NCBI GenBank assembly: GCA_008690995.1
Contig: VRMN01000013.1
Span: 62,001-126,000 of the forward strand
DNA from: Porphyridium purpureum
Lineage: Eukaryota
Direction of reading: 5' to 3'
Length of the DNA stretch: 64,000 nt
Position 1 is the stretch's first letter. Every line of letters starts with the position of its first letter. A program made the position numbers and the translations under genes. This document shows positions 22,379 through 33,226 of this stretch, in pieces. The notes beneath the pieces were generated by a model, which was given only the letters and a program-made list of their open reading frames with translations, searched no databases and had not been told where the DNA came from.

Positions 22379-22951
22379 CCTCAGCGCGCACACATCCAAT
22401 CCGCAACTCCCCCCACCCACCCGCGTCGCTGTGCGTGCATGCACCAGTCTGCTCTTCACATCCACCCCTCTTCCGCCGCCTTCCTCCTCTCCTTCCTCCC
22501 CCGTCTGCCTTCCCCAACGCCAACCACCGAAAAGTATAAATTAACGTTAAACATAAAATGAAACAACGACGGAAATTTAACTCGGTGGACACCCAAGTGG
22601 TCAGCTGTACACCCGCACTGTTTCTCGCCTCCCAGGTGAAGGCCGCGCTCTGGTTGGACCAACGAGGTGGGTGCGAGTCTTCCGATGGACCCTGGGAGTG
22701 CGCTGCGCATGGAGGACCGCGATCGGAGCGCGTGAGGGCAAGAGCGCGCGCAGAGCGAGTGGCAGAGCTGTGTCGTGTGGGTGCGTTTGTTGGGTTGGGG
22801 CGTTTGCAGAAGGCAGTGCGGCCTGGCTGGAGGACCAGGAATAGAGGCGGTGTCAAGTACAAACAACTTCTCTTTCAATGCGTAACAGTTCTAGAATTTC
22901 AACACTAGGCTTCGGCGCCGGTCGACGGCATTGCAGTGCAGGAAAAGAAAT

Positions 22952-25234
22952 TTACCAGTCATCATCCGAGTCTTCGTCGTAGCGGTCGCGACCACCACCT
23001 CCTCGTCCACCGCCTCGTCCACCGCCTCCTCGGCCACCACCGTATCCGCCACCGCCTCCTCGGCCACCGCCGTAACCACCACCGCCGCCTCGGCCACCGC
23101 CATATCCACCGCCTCCTCCACGGCCTCCGCCATATCCACCACCGCCACCTCGCCCTCCGCCGGTAGCCGATGATCCGCGCTCACCACCGTAACCGCCGCC
23201 ACCATATCCACCGCCACCGCGGCCTCCGCCAAAGCCACCGCCACGGCCACCGTACCCACCTCCGCGGCCACCGCCAAAACCGCCACCACCGAAACCACCA
23301 CCACCTCGCCCGCCACGGCCGTACCCACCGAAGCCGGCGCTGTCGGCAAGCTCTTCCAGAGCCGCGTCGGGCAGCTGCTCAATCATGTTGACAGAGATTC
23401 CGCCCTGTGTGTTCGTGCTCGCAAGCAGCTCCTTCGCAGCCGCAGAAGGCACGTCTACGATCGCGCCACCCGAAAATGACAAAATCTCGCCCAGCCTGGG
23501 CACCTTGTCGAGGTGCTTGAGCATGCGGAAAACCACAGTGTTCGCACGGTTTGCGTCAATCGAAGTCCCGTCAGACGATTTCAGCTCAATGGCAGTGTAG
23601 TTTTCCTTGTGAGACAAAATCGAGCGCTCGACCACGTTTTCCTCGTAGCCGGCCATGCGCGCAAGCGCTGCGGCCAATGTCTTATGCATGGCCTCTTGAT
23701 TACCCAACAGATTCTTCTCCACCATCAGCTTGTGCGCAGATTCCATAAAATGATTGACAAGGGAAGAGGGCGTCGAGCCCAGAAGAGCAGCAGCCTTATC
23801 CGCCGAGGCTTCAAATACCTCCTTAAGGTGCGGCGGGGAACGACGTTCGAAACGTGTACCGATCTCCTTCTCAACACGGTCGAGACTGCGCACCTCATGG
23901 CTCGAATAGAACACAATGGCCTTACCCTCCTTGCCTGCGCGACCAGTACGGCCTGAGCGGTGGATGAAACTTTCAATACCGCTCGCCGAGTCCGGCAGGG
24001 ACCACTGAATCACGACATCGACGTCTGGGATATCGATACCACGAGCGGCCACATCAGTTGCCAATAAAATGCGATAACGCTTGGACCTGAACCCTGCAAG
24101 CGCAATCTCGCGCGCCGCTTGGTTGATGTCGCCGTGCAGCACTGCAGCATTATCGCGCACAAACGGTGAGCTGGACAACTCATCACACTGCCGTTTCGTG
24201 GGCACAAAAACAATGGCACGATCGCCACCGTACACGGTCAGTACATCTCCAAGAATCTGCAGCTTAGCAAACGGTGACGACAGAATGGCAATGTGTGACA
24301 CGGTCTGCGAGGTCTTTACCTTCTCGTTCTTGACCAAGTCCAGCTGCTTGGCGTCCTTCATATGCTTGCGTGCGGTTTCCATGACCCAGTCAGGCATCGT
24401 GGCTGAGAAGAGCATCATCTGCTTTTTCGCCGGCAGGCGACCCAGAATCAGATCCATCTGATCCGCGAAGCCCATCTTGAGCATTTCATCAGCCTCGTCT
24501 AGCACGCAAACCATCGTATTATCCAGAGTCATTTCGCCGCGCTCTAGCAAATCCGTCAAGCGACCAGGCGTGCCAATCACAATGTCCACGCCGCGCCGCA
24601 GCGCATTCACTTGCGGTCCATATGCGGAGCCCCCGTAAACGCACACCGTGCTAAGCGCGCTTGTCATGGATGCAAACTCTCGCTCCGTCTGCCCGGCTAG
24701 TTCGCGCGTGGGTGCCATGACCAACGCCGCGGGCGATCGATCGCGTCCGCGAAGACGGTCCCTCAGCAGGCGCTCGATCAGCGGCAACGCAAACGCGACC
24801 GTTTTCCCCGTGCCCGTCCTTGATCTGACCATCACATTCGCGCCCCCGATCGCGAGCGGGAAGGCCTGCTCTTGTACTGGAAACAGTTCCTTAAACCCCT
24901 TCTTTCTGAGGGCAGCCTTGGTGGCCTCCGACAGGCCGACGATGGTATCCAATTTATCTATTTGCCCCGCGCTGCCCTTGTCCGCCACGGCTTCTTCCTC
25001 GCTCAACTCACCTGCCCGCACATTCGCCTGTTGCGGCGTGATCACCGAGGTATGCACTTTGCGCGCCACCTGCTGCGCTGCGGGGCTGTGCCGCGCCAGC
25101 CCCGCCGCGTCCAGACCCTCCACGCCCCCAATCGTGCTTATGGTCGAACGCAGCGCCGCGTTCGCACCGTCTCGCACCGCTCGCACCGAGCGCACAGAAC
25201 GCAGCGCGCCCAGCGCGCCCGGAACACGCGCCAT
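22952..25234 (-). CDS. Organellar DEAD-box RNA helicase (DDX21/RH3/RH9-like) with GUCT-like region and RGG tail
   Basis: Q motif LFPVQ, SRTGTGKT, PTRELA, TPGRL, DEAD, SAT, ARGIDIP, HRSGRTGRAG. Gly/Arg/Tyr-rich tail and a mitochondrial-type presequence. Confidence 0.95.
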   Translation of the reverse strand: MARVPGALGALRSVRSVRAVRDGANAALRSTISTIGGVEGLDAAGLARHSPAAQQVARKVHTSVITPQQANVRAGELSEEEAVADKGSAGQIDKLDTIVGLSEATKAALRKKGFKELFPVQEQAFPLAIGGANVMVRSRTGTGKTVAFALPLIERLLRDRLRGRDRSPAALVMAPTRELAGQTEREFASMTSALSTVCVYGGSAYGPQVNALRRGVDIVIGTPGRLTDLLERGEMTLDNTMVCVLDEADEMLKMGFADQMDLILGRLPAKKQMMLFSATMPDWVMETARKHMKDAKQLDLVKNEKVKTSQTVSHIAILSSPFAKLQILGDVLTVYGGDRAIVFVPTKRQCDELSSSPFVRDNAAVLHGDINQAAREIALAGFRSKRYRILLATDVAARGIDIPDVDVVIQWSLPDSASGIESFIHRSGRTGRAGKEGKAIVFYSSHEVRSLDRVEKEIGTRFERRSPPHLKEVFEASADKAAALLGSTPSSLVNHFMESAHKLMVEKNLLGNQEAMHKTLAAALARMAGYEENVVERSILSHKENYTAIELKSSDGTSIDANRANTVVFRMLKHLDKVPRLGEILSFSGGAIVDVPSAAAKELLASTNTQGGISVNMIEQLPDAALEELADSAGFGGYGRGGRGGGGFGGGGFGGGRGGGYGGRGGGFGGGRGGGGYGGGGYGGERGSSATGGGRGGGGGYGGGRGGGGGYGGGRGGGGGYGGGRGGGGGYGGGRGGGGRGGGRGGGGRDRYDEDSDDDW
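22991..23340 (-). repeat. Coding GGRGGGGGY repeats (about 30-bp units) in the helicase tail
   Basis: Repeated ccaccgcc/ccgcctcctcggcc units encoding RGG/GY repeats. Confidence 0.85.
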
Positions 25235-25901
25235 GCTCTCCCTCCTCCTTGACGGCCGCTTTCCTCACCACTGCCCCCTCCTGAACACCGCAGCCCACCC
25301 TCCCGACCTCCGCACCAGTCCAGCCAGGACTCCTTCTCTCCCCCTTCCGTCCTTCTACTTGCCACCTTTGCCCTCCCCGCCAAACCAAAACCAAAACCAA
25401 AAGCACAAAAGGAAAAAAACGTCTCCAACCACTCGACCACTTTCCTATTCGCATAACGCCGTTCTAGCGACACATAACGCTCCGATCATCGCCCGGCGTT
25501 TGGTCCGGTCCGGCCGCACACCGCTCGGACGCCGCGCCACGCGCACTGTACCTACTGGTAGTTAATTAATATATTATTGAATATTATAAAACAGCAAGGT
25601 GCACGGCCTGACGGTACAGTGAAAGTACAGCGAAGGTTCAGCCTGAGCAGACACGGAATCCCATGAAATAACGCCTTTCTAGCGACACATAACGATTTGA
25701 CCGGCGTGGGTCGAACAAGGTGCGAGTTTGCGCGGCCGCGCGAGGGTGGGAAGCAGGTGGGGAGAGATACACGACGGCACGAGAAGGCGTGGTGGCATCT
25801 GCGTACCTCTCCATGCCAGACCAGCATGAGAGACAGTCTGCAAGTACCTGGCTTTTTGATTTGTTCTTCACTGTTCACGTTTGGACGAGGAGCAGAAGCA
25901 G

Positions 25902-27485
25902 ATGATGGATGCAGCCTGGATGTGGCACGGCATCGCCATCACAGTGTCGGTGTGTTTTGTGGTTTCGGCGCTCCTGGTGTTGCGCGCGCAGCGAAAGTAC
26001 CATGAAAGCACGGATCGTGCCAGTTTGTTTGTCGGACCAGTGACAGTGTTTCCAATCGGGAACAGATACTTGCTGTTGCAGGGCGGCGTGCTTCGAGCAT
26101 TCCAAAGCTTAATTGAGTACGCGACAGCACGCGGGAGAGATGTGTGCGGTTGTTTTCTATTACTCGATTCGAGTACCAGACAAGAGGTCGTGCTTTACAA
26201 GGCATCGGCCATTCGTGAGGCACTTCTACTTGCGGCACCAGAGCGGATAACGCCTCCATGGTGTCAACCTGTAGCCACGCTGATCAACTATCCAATGGCA
26301 CGTCTGTCCCGGCCGCCATTGAATGAGTACGCAAGTGCAGTGGGTCTCCATCACCAGCAGCAACAAGAAACAGAACCAGAACAGCAACAGCTGCAGCAGC
26401 AGCAGAAGCAGCAGAAGAAGAACAACAAGAGAAAAGTACGGACGCCGCCATTCTCGTCAATGTGCGATTGTATCGAGCGGTCACTGATCCGCAGCATGCG
26501 TACCGCAAGCGACGGACCCTATCGAAACGTGCACCATGTCTTGTGCGATGCACTTACCCAGGCTCTGCTGGTGGATCAAATAGTGCTAGAGGACGGCAAG
26601 AACGAAAAGGACCTTGGCTCTGCAAGCATGGCACGACTTCAGGGCGTCGTTCACACGCTTGTACTTTCATTCTTTGCGTTGACTGCGCAGCAAAGCCAGA
26701 CGCCTTGGATGACTTACGTTATTCCGAGGATGACTTGTTTGATGCCACGCTTCATTCGGCTTGGGCTCGCGCTCTTTGCGCTCCGCAGAGCCCTGACGAA
26801 AGCGAATCCCACCCTTGCGAGCACAATACCTGAGTTGCTGCCGATGGCTTGGTCGATTGCAATGCCCGTGTCATCCACACTGAGCTTTGCTCTTCATCTT
26901 CTAGCAAATTACAGCGACGTACAAGCCAAGGTCCTTCGCGAGGCGCGCGAGCATGGCGCTGAATTGCGCGGCGTGTTCAAAGGGAAAGAATGGGACGAGG
27001 CAACCGATGCTCATGTTCGGCGCGCGTTACCCTTGACACGGGCTGTTATCATGGAAGCAATGCGTTTGTTCCCGGCAGAGCCGCTGCTTATCATGAAAAG
27101 TGAGCGAGACATTAACCTCGGCGACCAGTGGATTCCGGCCAACACGCATGTGTGGATCCCGATGTGGTGCGTGCAGCGCGCCGAAAAGAACTGGTCGGAA
27201 GCGCATGAATTCCGTCCCGAACGGTTCCTTAGCGCAGGAGGCGTCCTTGTCGGCAACGAGAGGAGTTTGGCGGGCAAGTGGATGCCCTTTTCCATAGGCG
27301 TGCGATCGTGCCCCGGCGCTCATCGTGCGTTGACGCTATGCACACTCCTTCTGACACATTTGATTTCTGTATTAGAGTTTTCTGCAGGACCATCCGGCCA
27401 CGCGCTCCAAATCGAGCTCGCACATGTTTGGTTGACTTCGCGCCACGGCTTTGATCTCTCCGTCACTCGGCGTCGTCCGGATTAA
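25902..27485 (+). CDS. Cytochrome P450, divergent
   Basis: N-terminal TM anchor, ExxR (EAMR), PERF, heme motif FSIGVRSCPG, polyQ insert. Confidence 0.92.
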   Translation: MMDAAWMWHGIAITVSVCFVVSALLVLRAQRKYHESTDRASLFVGPVTVFPIGNRYLLLQGGVLRAFQSLIEYATARGRDVCGCFLLLDSSTRQEVVLYKASAIREALLLAAPERITPPWCQPVATLINYPMARLSRPPLNEYASAVGLHHQQQQETEPEQQQLQQQQKQQKKNNKRKVRTPPFSSMCDCIERSLIRSMRTASDGPYRNVHHVLCDALTQALLVDQIVLEDGKNEKDLGSASMARLQGVVHTLVLSFFALTAQQSQTPWMTYVIPRMTCLMPRFIRLGLALFALRRALTKANPTLASTIPELLPMAWSIAMPVSSTLSFALHLLANYSDVQAKVLREAREHGAELRGVFKGKEWDEATDAHVRRALPLTRAVIMEAMRLFPAEPLLIMKSERDINLGDQWIPANTHVWIPMWCVQRAEKNWSEAHEFRPERFLSAGGVLVGNERSLAGKWMPFSIGVRSCPGAHRALTLCTLLLTHLISVLEFSAGPSGHALQIELAHVWLTSRHGFDLSVTRRRPD

Positions 27486-28386
27486 TATTGACGAGAACAA
27501 ATGACTCGATGGGTGTCCGGCAGATTGGACACAGCTTGGATGGCGACGAGCGGGCGAGAAGCATTGCAACACACGTTGGGCAAACACATAAATGACGGCA
27601 CGGTAAGAGAATGCAGCTTTTCCGTTCTGTGAGGCACACCACGCATGTTGGTTCTGTCTGTTCCTTCCCAGCTGTCGTTTCTTGCTGGAGGTCATCAAGA
27701 GCGGCCCTTCGGGTATTGAGGTTCAGAGCGTCAAGTCCATAAACTTGGTTCAATTTCAAAATGCCATTGTCACGCGTTGCGAGATGCTGTTCGTCCACTA
27801 GGAGAACGTACGTGTCTGTGCTTGCCAAGGTTAAGCGACAGCTCGCGTTGATCCGAAGTGCTAGAACATCGTCCTCTTCCAGTGCTTCCAAGAAGATTGA
27901 GAAGGCAGCAGCACTTCCTCTGTGCGGTAGAATTTTCGCGGGAACGCGAAGCTCGACCGTCGTCTTGCTCGACCCACCCACGAGCGAAGACTCGGCTACA
28001 AATATAGTTTCAGCTCGATCCATTCCAAAAAGGTCTGGCAGGTGCTGCCAATCCGACTGCGGTTGTTGATCTGAATGCTGGGAATTACTTTGGGCCGTAA
28101 GGCAGCACCTGGTCCTCAGTGTCGCTACGACGGCCATAACCACGCACCATTCGCCATCCGCCTCGCGCCGGACGAGTTTGATGGCCGCATTATCCACCTG
28201 GAACGGATTCCGCAGTCTAGCGCCACGACTCATGGACACAGCCACGTACTCCGTATCGGCAACGTCTGGCACGGGCGCGACTGCGTGCGCCGCATCGTAC
28301 TGTTCCTGCGTGGGACGTCTCATACCCAAATTGGGCGGCCGCCCGGAACGCCTTCCATGATCGGGCGACGACTGGGCCTGACCCAT
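27463..28386 (-). CDS. RING E3 ubiquitin ligase, LOG2/MGRN1-like
   Basis: N-myristoylation-like MGQAQSS, LNQVYGL, RING CVVCLTERKSCILLPCRHLCVCPTC...CPICRTPI. Confidence 0.88.
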   Translation of the reverse strand: MGQAQSSPDHGRRSGRPPNLGMRRPTQEQYDAAHAVAPVPDVADTEYVAVSMSRGARLRNPFQVDNAAIKLVRREADGEWCVVMAVVATLRTRCCLTAQSNSQHSDQQPQSDWQHLPDLFGMDRAETIFVAESSLVGGSSKTTVELRVPAKILPHRGSAAAFSIFLEALEEDDVLALRINASCRLTLASTDTYVLLVDEQHLATRDNGILKLNQVYGLDALNLNTRRAALDDLQQETTAGKEQTEPTCVVCLTERKSCILLPCRHLCVCPTCVAMLLARSSPSKLCPICRTPIESFVLVNINPDDAE

Positions 28387-29803
28387 CGTTTGCAGCTCTG
28401 GTCAGACCAGATACTGACAAAGTCTGGGGCGACTCGTCTCACCGGATGGCTGGTGTAATTCCAGCGGACATCTGCGAAAGATGATTAGGAGATCTGAGAC
28501 CGAACGAGCGAAGGGAATGCTACTTGGAGTCTTTCTTCGCTGCGGCAGAAGCAGTGAACGCGTACACTTACATCAGGATGTGATGGCGCAAATTGACAGG
28601 ATGAATGTCATACTCCTTTCGAAAATGGGAACGGATTCCGGCATGGCGAATGAGGGCGTGCTTTTACATGTTTCCAAGAGGGCGCACAGGTGTACATGAT
28701 ACACTGACCGTTCAGCCGTGCCGACGAGGCGCTCGAATCGCTCACATAAGTGGTGCCGGCCGAGTTGCACGAGCGCGTCGACTCCGATTTGACGAGCGTT
28801 TTATCGGTTTGCACAGCTCGTCATTGCCATGAGTGCACGGTTGAGGGACAAGCGCGTTGATCTGCTCGCATGTATCGCCGACATCATGACTTTCCCAGAC
28901 GTCCGCATGCGAGATGGATTGGACCAGCAGATGTAGACGAATCACTCGCCACACTTTTCAATGGTGTATCGTTCGTCTTCCCCAGGCAAGCACGGCGGTT
29001 TGGCGATGATGCCAAGCTGGCTTTGTCTGCATTCTAGTCCCGCACGACTTGGCACGCCGCAGGATACAAAGGATCTCCCGGCGTGTAAAGCGGGGGAGCT
29101 GGGCCGGGATCTACTTCTGGAAAGAATGGAGCGCGATCACCACATCGAATTCGCCAATATCGTTGTCCACCAGGCGCCTGCGAATTTTTCGGACCTAGCC
29201 AGCAATAATTTGGTGGCATGTGTGGCACTTGGCGGTTCCTCCACGAGCTTGGGCAACATGCTAAGACAATAATCGATGCTAGCGCATAGCCGGGGAAGTC
29301 TTCCAATGCCTGTGGCAGAGCACCAGAGTAATGTGCATTCTCTGGCTCGGAGATTACGCGACGGCCCCGCTCAAGACGCGCGGATTCTCGGAGTCACGAT
29401 TTTTTCGAGGCGTGCGCGCCACCGTTGGCGGCCGTGGCACTACAACTCGTATGTCTCAGCTAAAGGACAGGCGAAGAATTGTGCAACGCGAGCGAGCAGG
29501 CCTATGGCGAAATGTTCGAGGTCTGAGCGAATCTTGCAGAAGTACAGGACTGCGAATATCTGTCCGCCAAGGAAGAAAGTTGTACTGCTCGATTCTCGCA
29601 AGGTTGACTGTCGGGATGAAACCAATGAGTTGTCGTTTGCTTATAAACCAGTCCATCCAACTTTACTACACCCTCCTCTGTTTGCCACCACCATCAGGCC
29701 AACGAAGCAAGCGTCATCGGCGCCACTAAGCAATTTGTGCTGCGAAATAAAGATTTCGAAGCTGCGTTGCGTCGCGACCGAAAGAAAAACGCGACAAGGC
29801 ACC

Positions 29804-30499
29804 ATGTCCGAGTGGCGCGTGGCGGCAGCCGTGATCGTGCCCGTACTCATTGGGATTGCAGCGACCCTGTTGATTCCCGACGTGCACTCGCCCGAAGACA
29901 TCGAGGTGGTGTATGACGCGCCGTATGTCGAGCAATTCTTGGCTCCGAAGCAGGGAGTGATCGGCGACGATTACGAGGGGTATCGCAATCATGTGTACCG
30001 CGTATTGTCGCTCACAATGCACTGTCTGAATGACACGGAGAAAGAGGAGTTCGGCAGCGCCGTGCAAGTCGCGCTGGCTTTTCACGATATGGCGCTGTGG
30101 ACAGATCAGCAGTTGAACTATTTGGAGCCGTCGTGGCTTCGCGCACAGCAGGAGCTCGCGGGCTCTGCAGCAGGCGAGGAAGATCAGAGCGAGCTCGCGA
30201 AAAGCTGGAGCGAGGAAGAAATGCAAGTTATTAGGGATACCATCATGTATCACCACAAGGTGACGCCGTTTGATGGCCCCAATAGTGGGGTTGTTAATTG
30301 CGCGCGGCGATCTGATTGGGTCGACGCGAGCTTTGGAATTGTCCATCAGGGATTTGCGTACAAGAATATCCGCAAGGTCATGGATGCCATCCCAGAGGCA
30401 GGCTTCCACAAGACCCTCTTCGGTTTTGCTACGACGCGCGTGCATGGGAAAAATGTTCCAAAGGCCTTTTTCGAATTAAGCAAGATTTTCTGCTGGTAA
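29804..30499 (+). CDS. HD-domain phosphohydrolase-like protein (bacterial-type family) with N-terminal signal anchor
   Basis: YRNHVYRV...AFHDMALWT...YLEPS...IMYHHK...RRSDWVD...PEAGFH gives the H..HD..HH..D pattern. ATG 29804 (accATGt) precedes a hydrophobic segment. Confidence 0.8.
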   Translation: MSEWRVAAAVIVPVLIGIAATLLIPDVHSPEDIEVVYDAPYVEQFLAPKQGVIGDDYEGYRNHVYRVLSLTMHCLNDTEKEEFGSAVQVALAFHDMALWTDQQLNYLEPSWLRAQQELAGSAAGEEDQSELAKSWSEEEMQVIRDTIMYHHKVTPFDGPNSGVVNCARRSDWVDASFGIVHQGFAYKNIRKVMDAIPEAGFHKTLFGFATTRVHGKNVPKAFFELSKIFCW

Positions 30500-30642
30500 C
30501 CTTGCCACAGGTGTGGCAGGGGGTGAATGGAAGCTTCACTTTTTTCAGACGGCATTTACTTTGACAGCGAGGCGGAATGCCATGTCCGGCAGAGTTCCCA
30601 GAAAAGACGACACGCTGCAGGACTCTCTTGTCAATCTGCTAT

Positions 30643-32424
30643 TTACTGGGGCTGCTGATCGGATCCCACACTGCTCAGTGACTCACTGTAGAAAACGTCC
30701 TCGGGAATAGCCGACCATTCGACGATCTCTAGGCGCGCGCTTTCGCCCGTGTTTTCCCGTAGCAAAGTTGTCTCTTCATCTGGGTTTGACCAACTTTCAA
30801 AGTCCGTGCCAAGCGGCACAATGGCGTCCTTGAGCGTTTCTGCTCTGGGCAGACCATGATAAAGCTTTCGTTCCAGAACCTCCGTGACAAATCTATCCTT
30901 GACAACACCAACAAGAAGAGTATTCCGGAAGTCGATCGGTACCCATCCGGCACCAACTACAGTGAACCCAATCTCAAGAGATTGTGGCGCGTTCTCGTCG
31001 GCCTCCAACGTATTATGGAGCAGCTCAAATCCGACTTCCGTCGTTGTCAACTCACGCAGAGTTTGCTGATCCTTGGACTGATCCAGTTGACCCAGCAACA
31101 GAGACTCAACAAGGACGCCTTCGCGGCCGTCCGGAAGTGTGAATTCGAATGCAGCTTCGCATTGCTTCAGAGTCAGCGTCACGAGAAATGCGACCGCGCT
31201 AGTGGCAGCCGCGCAGGCGAAAAAGGCCCAGCGTGTCGACAGACTCAGTGACGTATAACCCAGAGAGAAGAGTGTACAAATTAAGCACGTGAAGCCATTT
31301 CCGAGAGCATACGTGAGCCCAGCGTTGACTGGACTGAAAAGCTGGGAGGCCATCATCAGCACAAAAGTTGGGAATACGCAATACGAGATGATGGTCACCG
31401 AGATGCATGTCAAGTATACGACGAGCGCATGTCCCACGGCCATATATAGGCACGCAAGCGTTTGCAGTAGCAGACAAAGGAGCGCGGAATTCTTTGGTCC
31501 GCACCAAAAGAAGCCCGTCGTCTGGAAACTTTGAGCGAAAAAGCCAGCAGACACCCGAGCCACGAGTCCAAGCACATTGACCAAAGAGAATAAGTTGGTG
31601 CTGTGCGCACGAGAGACGTCGAACTCTGAGTCCATCAGGCTTGAGAAGGTAACAATCATCGTGTAGCCAACAGCCTGTCCAACGCTATACATGAGGAACA
31701 CTTTGTGCAATTCGAGCTGAACAAGCATTGTGTGCCCGAGCCTGACGCCTGCGCGTGCAGAGCGGTCTGCTGCTTCGCGTTGCAGCGTCTTTTCATTTTC
31801 AGTTAAATGTGCCTGTCTTGGCCGCAGAGTGCTGATACTTGCCTGCAAGTCTGACGAAGGTTCATGCACAAATGACAGACAGATCGTTGCGAGCGCCACG
31901 AGCAGCAAACCGCTGAGAAACAAAGCCACGGCAATTGAAAGATGATCCGACAGTGCTGAAAATATCATGGATCCTAGAATCAAACCTGACGAGTTTGCCA
32001 GCATCGATAAAGACATACCCAGCGCTGGCTGATCAGCAAGCCATTGCGAAACGGTGAGCACGGACGCCAGGTTCAAGAGCATATTTCCAGCGCCAACCAG
32101 CGCCGTGCTCCACAGCAGTAGCGCTGCATTGTCACGCAGCACCGCGTATGGAAGCAGAAGCAGGAAGCAATGGAAAAGAATTCCCGCAGCACAGACTGCC
32201 CGTCGATGAGAGTCCCAAAACAAGCCACCGACCATACTACCCATCGCGCCACAGATCGTTCGATACGCGCATCCTTTCAGAAATGCTCGCTGAATGTGTG
32301 GCGTAAATTCGGTCGCGAATACAGAGTACGCCAGCGTGGCACCTGTTGCGAACATTCCCGCGCAGCCCAGTGGAATCTGTTGAACCCACCTTGTCTTCTG
32401 CAGACGTTGCATCTGCGTCTCCAT
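30643..32424 (-). CDS. MFS transporter (12 TM, OFA/MCT-like) with long acidic C-terminal domain, copy 1
   Basis: About 12 hydrophobic helices in a 6+6 arrangement (SQWLADQPALGMSLSMLANSSG; NVLGLVARVSAGFF). Colinear paralog of the next gene. Confidence 0.85.
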   Translation of the reverse strand: METQMQRLQKTRWVQQIPLGCAGMFATGATLAYSVFATEFTPHIQRAFLKGCAYRTICGAMGSMVGGLFWDSHRRAVCAAGILFHCFLLLLPYAVLRDNAALLLWSTALVGAGNMLLNLASVLTVSQWLADQPALGMSLSMLANSSGLILGSMIFSALSDHLSIAVALFLSGLLLVALATICLSFVHEPSSDLQASISTLRPRQAHLTENEKTLQREAADRSARAGVRLGHTMLVQLELHKVFLMYSVGQAVGYTMIVTFSSLMDSEFDVSRAHSTNLFSLVNVLGLVARVSAGFFAQSFQTTGFFWCGPKNSALLCLLLQTLACLYMAVGHALVVYLTCISVTIISYCVFPTFVLMMASQLFSPVNAGLTYALGNGFTCLICTLFSLGYTSLSLSTRWAFFACAAATSAVAFLVTLTLKQCEAAFEFTLPDGREGVLVESLLLGQLDQSKDQQTLRELTTTEVGFELLHNTLEADENAPQSLEIGFTVVGAGWVPIDFRNTLLVGVVKDRFVTEVLERKLYHGLPRAETLKDAIVPLGTDFESWSNPDEETTLLRENTGESARLEIVEWSAIPEDVFYSESLSSVGSDQQPQ

Positions 32425-33194
32425 TTGTTGCGACGACAAGACCGTTATCAGCGAGGCCGGCGTCAAAGCACTTATATTTTCTAGATGAAGCTCTGTGATT
32501 TCACATTCCCATGCTCACAAGGTTGACATACGTGAAAGCCTTCTCACACCCTGAATCCTTATCATGTGCGCTTGCGCTCACACACACGCGGCGCGACACT
32601 GGCGCTAAACTCGACGCAGAATGGTACGCCAGGAGTTTCGGCTGGGAAGCGCGCGCCAAGGTCCCGAAGCGAGGCACCTTCAATCATCACCTTGCCATAA
32701 GTAGGAAGTACCAGTTTTTTATACCTTCAGTCGAGCTTGTTCTTCAACCCATGCAATCCTACTCCCCATCTTTTCCTCTTGTTTTTTTGTCACCAAGCTG
32801 GCATTAACGGTACCAGCGCCTGTTTTGATACATGTGCAAGGCTCATGCAGACTCAAGGTCTCGCACTGCCCAAGACTGAAAAAAAGGATATTCACGTCGC
32901 TCTTTGCGCGCGTGAACGGCATTCGACACAGCACTCCGTCACTCGAATGTCGCCAAGAGTGCGTCCATCCACCTGCTCGCCACAACGTACGTCACCACGG
33001 CCAACGCGCATGAGTGGTGCGCTCGCTCGAGGCGCGTTTCCAGCGCGTCCTCGTGATGGCGAACTTCTTTTCCATTCTGTGATTTTTCCCTTGTCTCCCC
33101 TCCAGCGTCGCGCGCCATTTCGCCCCCAGCGCACGCGCGCCAGGTTTCGCTCCGACAACATGCTTACACTCAGACAGGCAGCTCAGCACAAAAT

Positions 33195-33212
33195 ACTGTA
33201 CCTAGGTACAGT
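33195..33212. promoter_or_regulatory. Perfect 18-bp palindrome ACTGTAC-CTAG-GTACAGT
   Basis: The palindrome is seen directly. Its half-site recurs in many intergenic regions of this window. Function is inferred. Confidence 0.45.
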
Positions 33213-33226
33213 GCGTTGCGTGTTCA

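Noticed and set aside
29276..29803. 176-aa N-terminal extension of the HD-domain ORF
   Set aside because: Not protein-like. ATG 29804 has good context and directly precedes the signal anchor.
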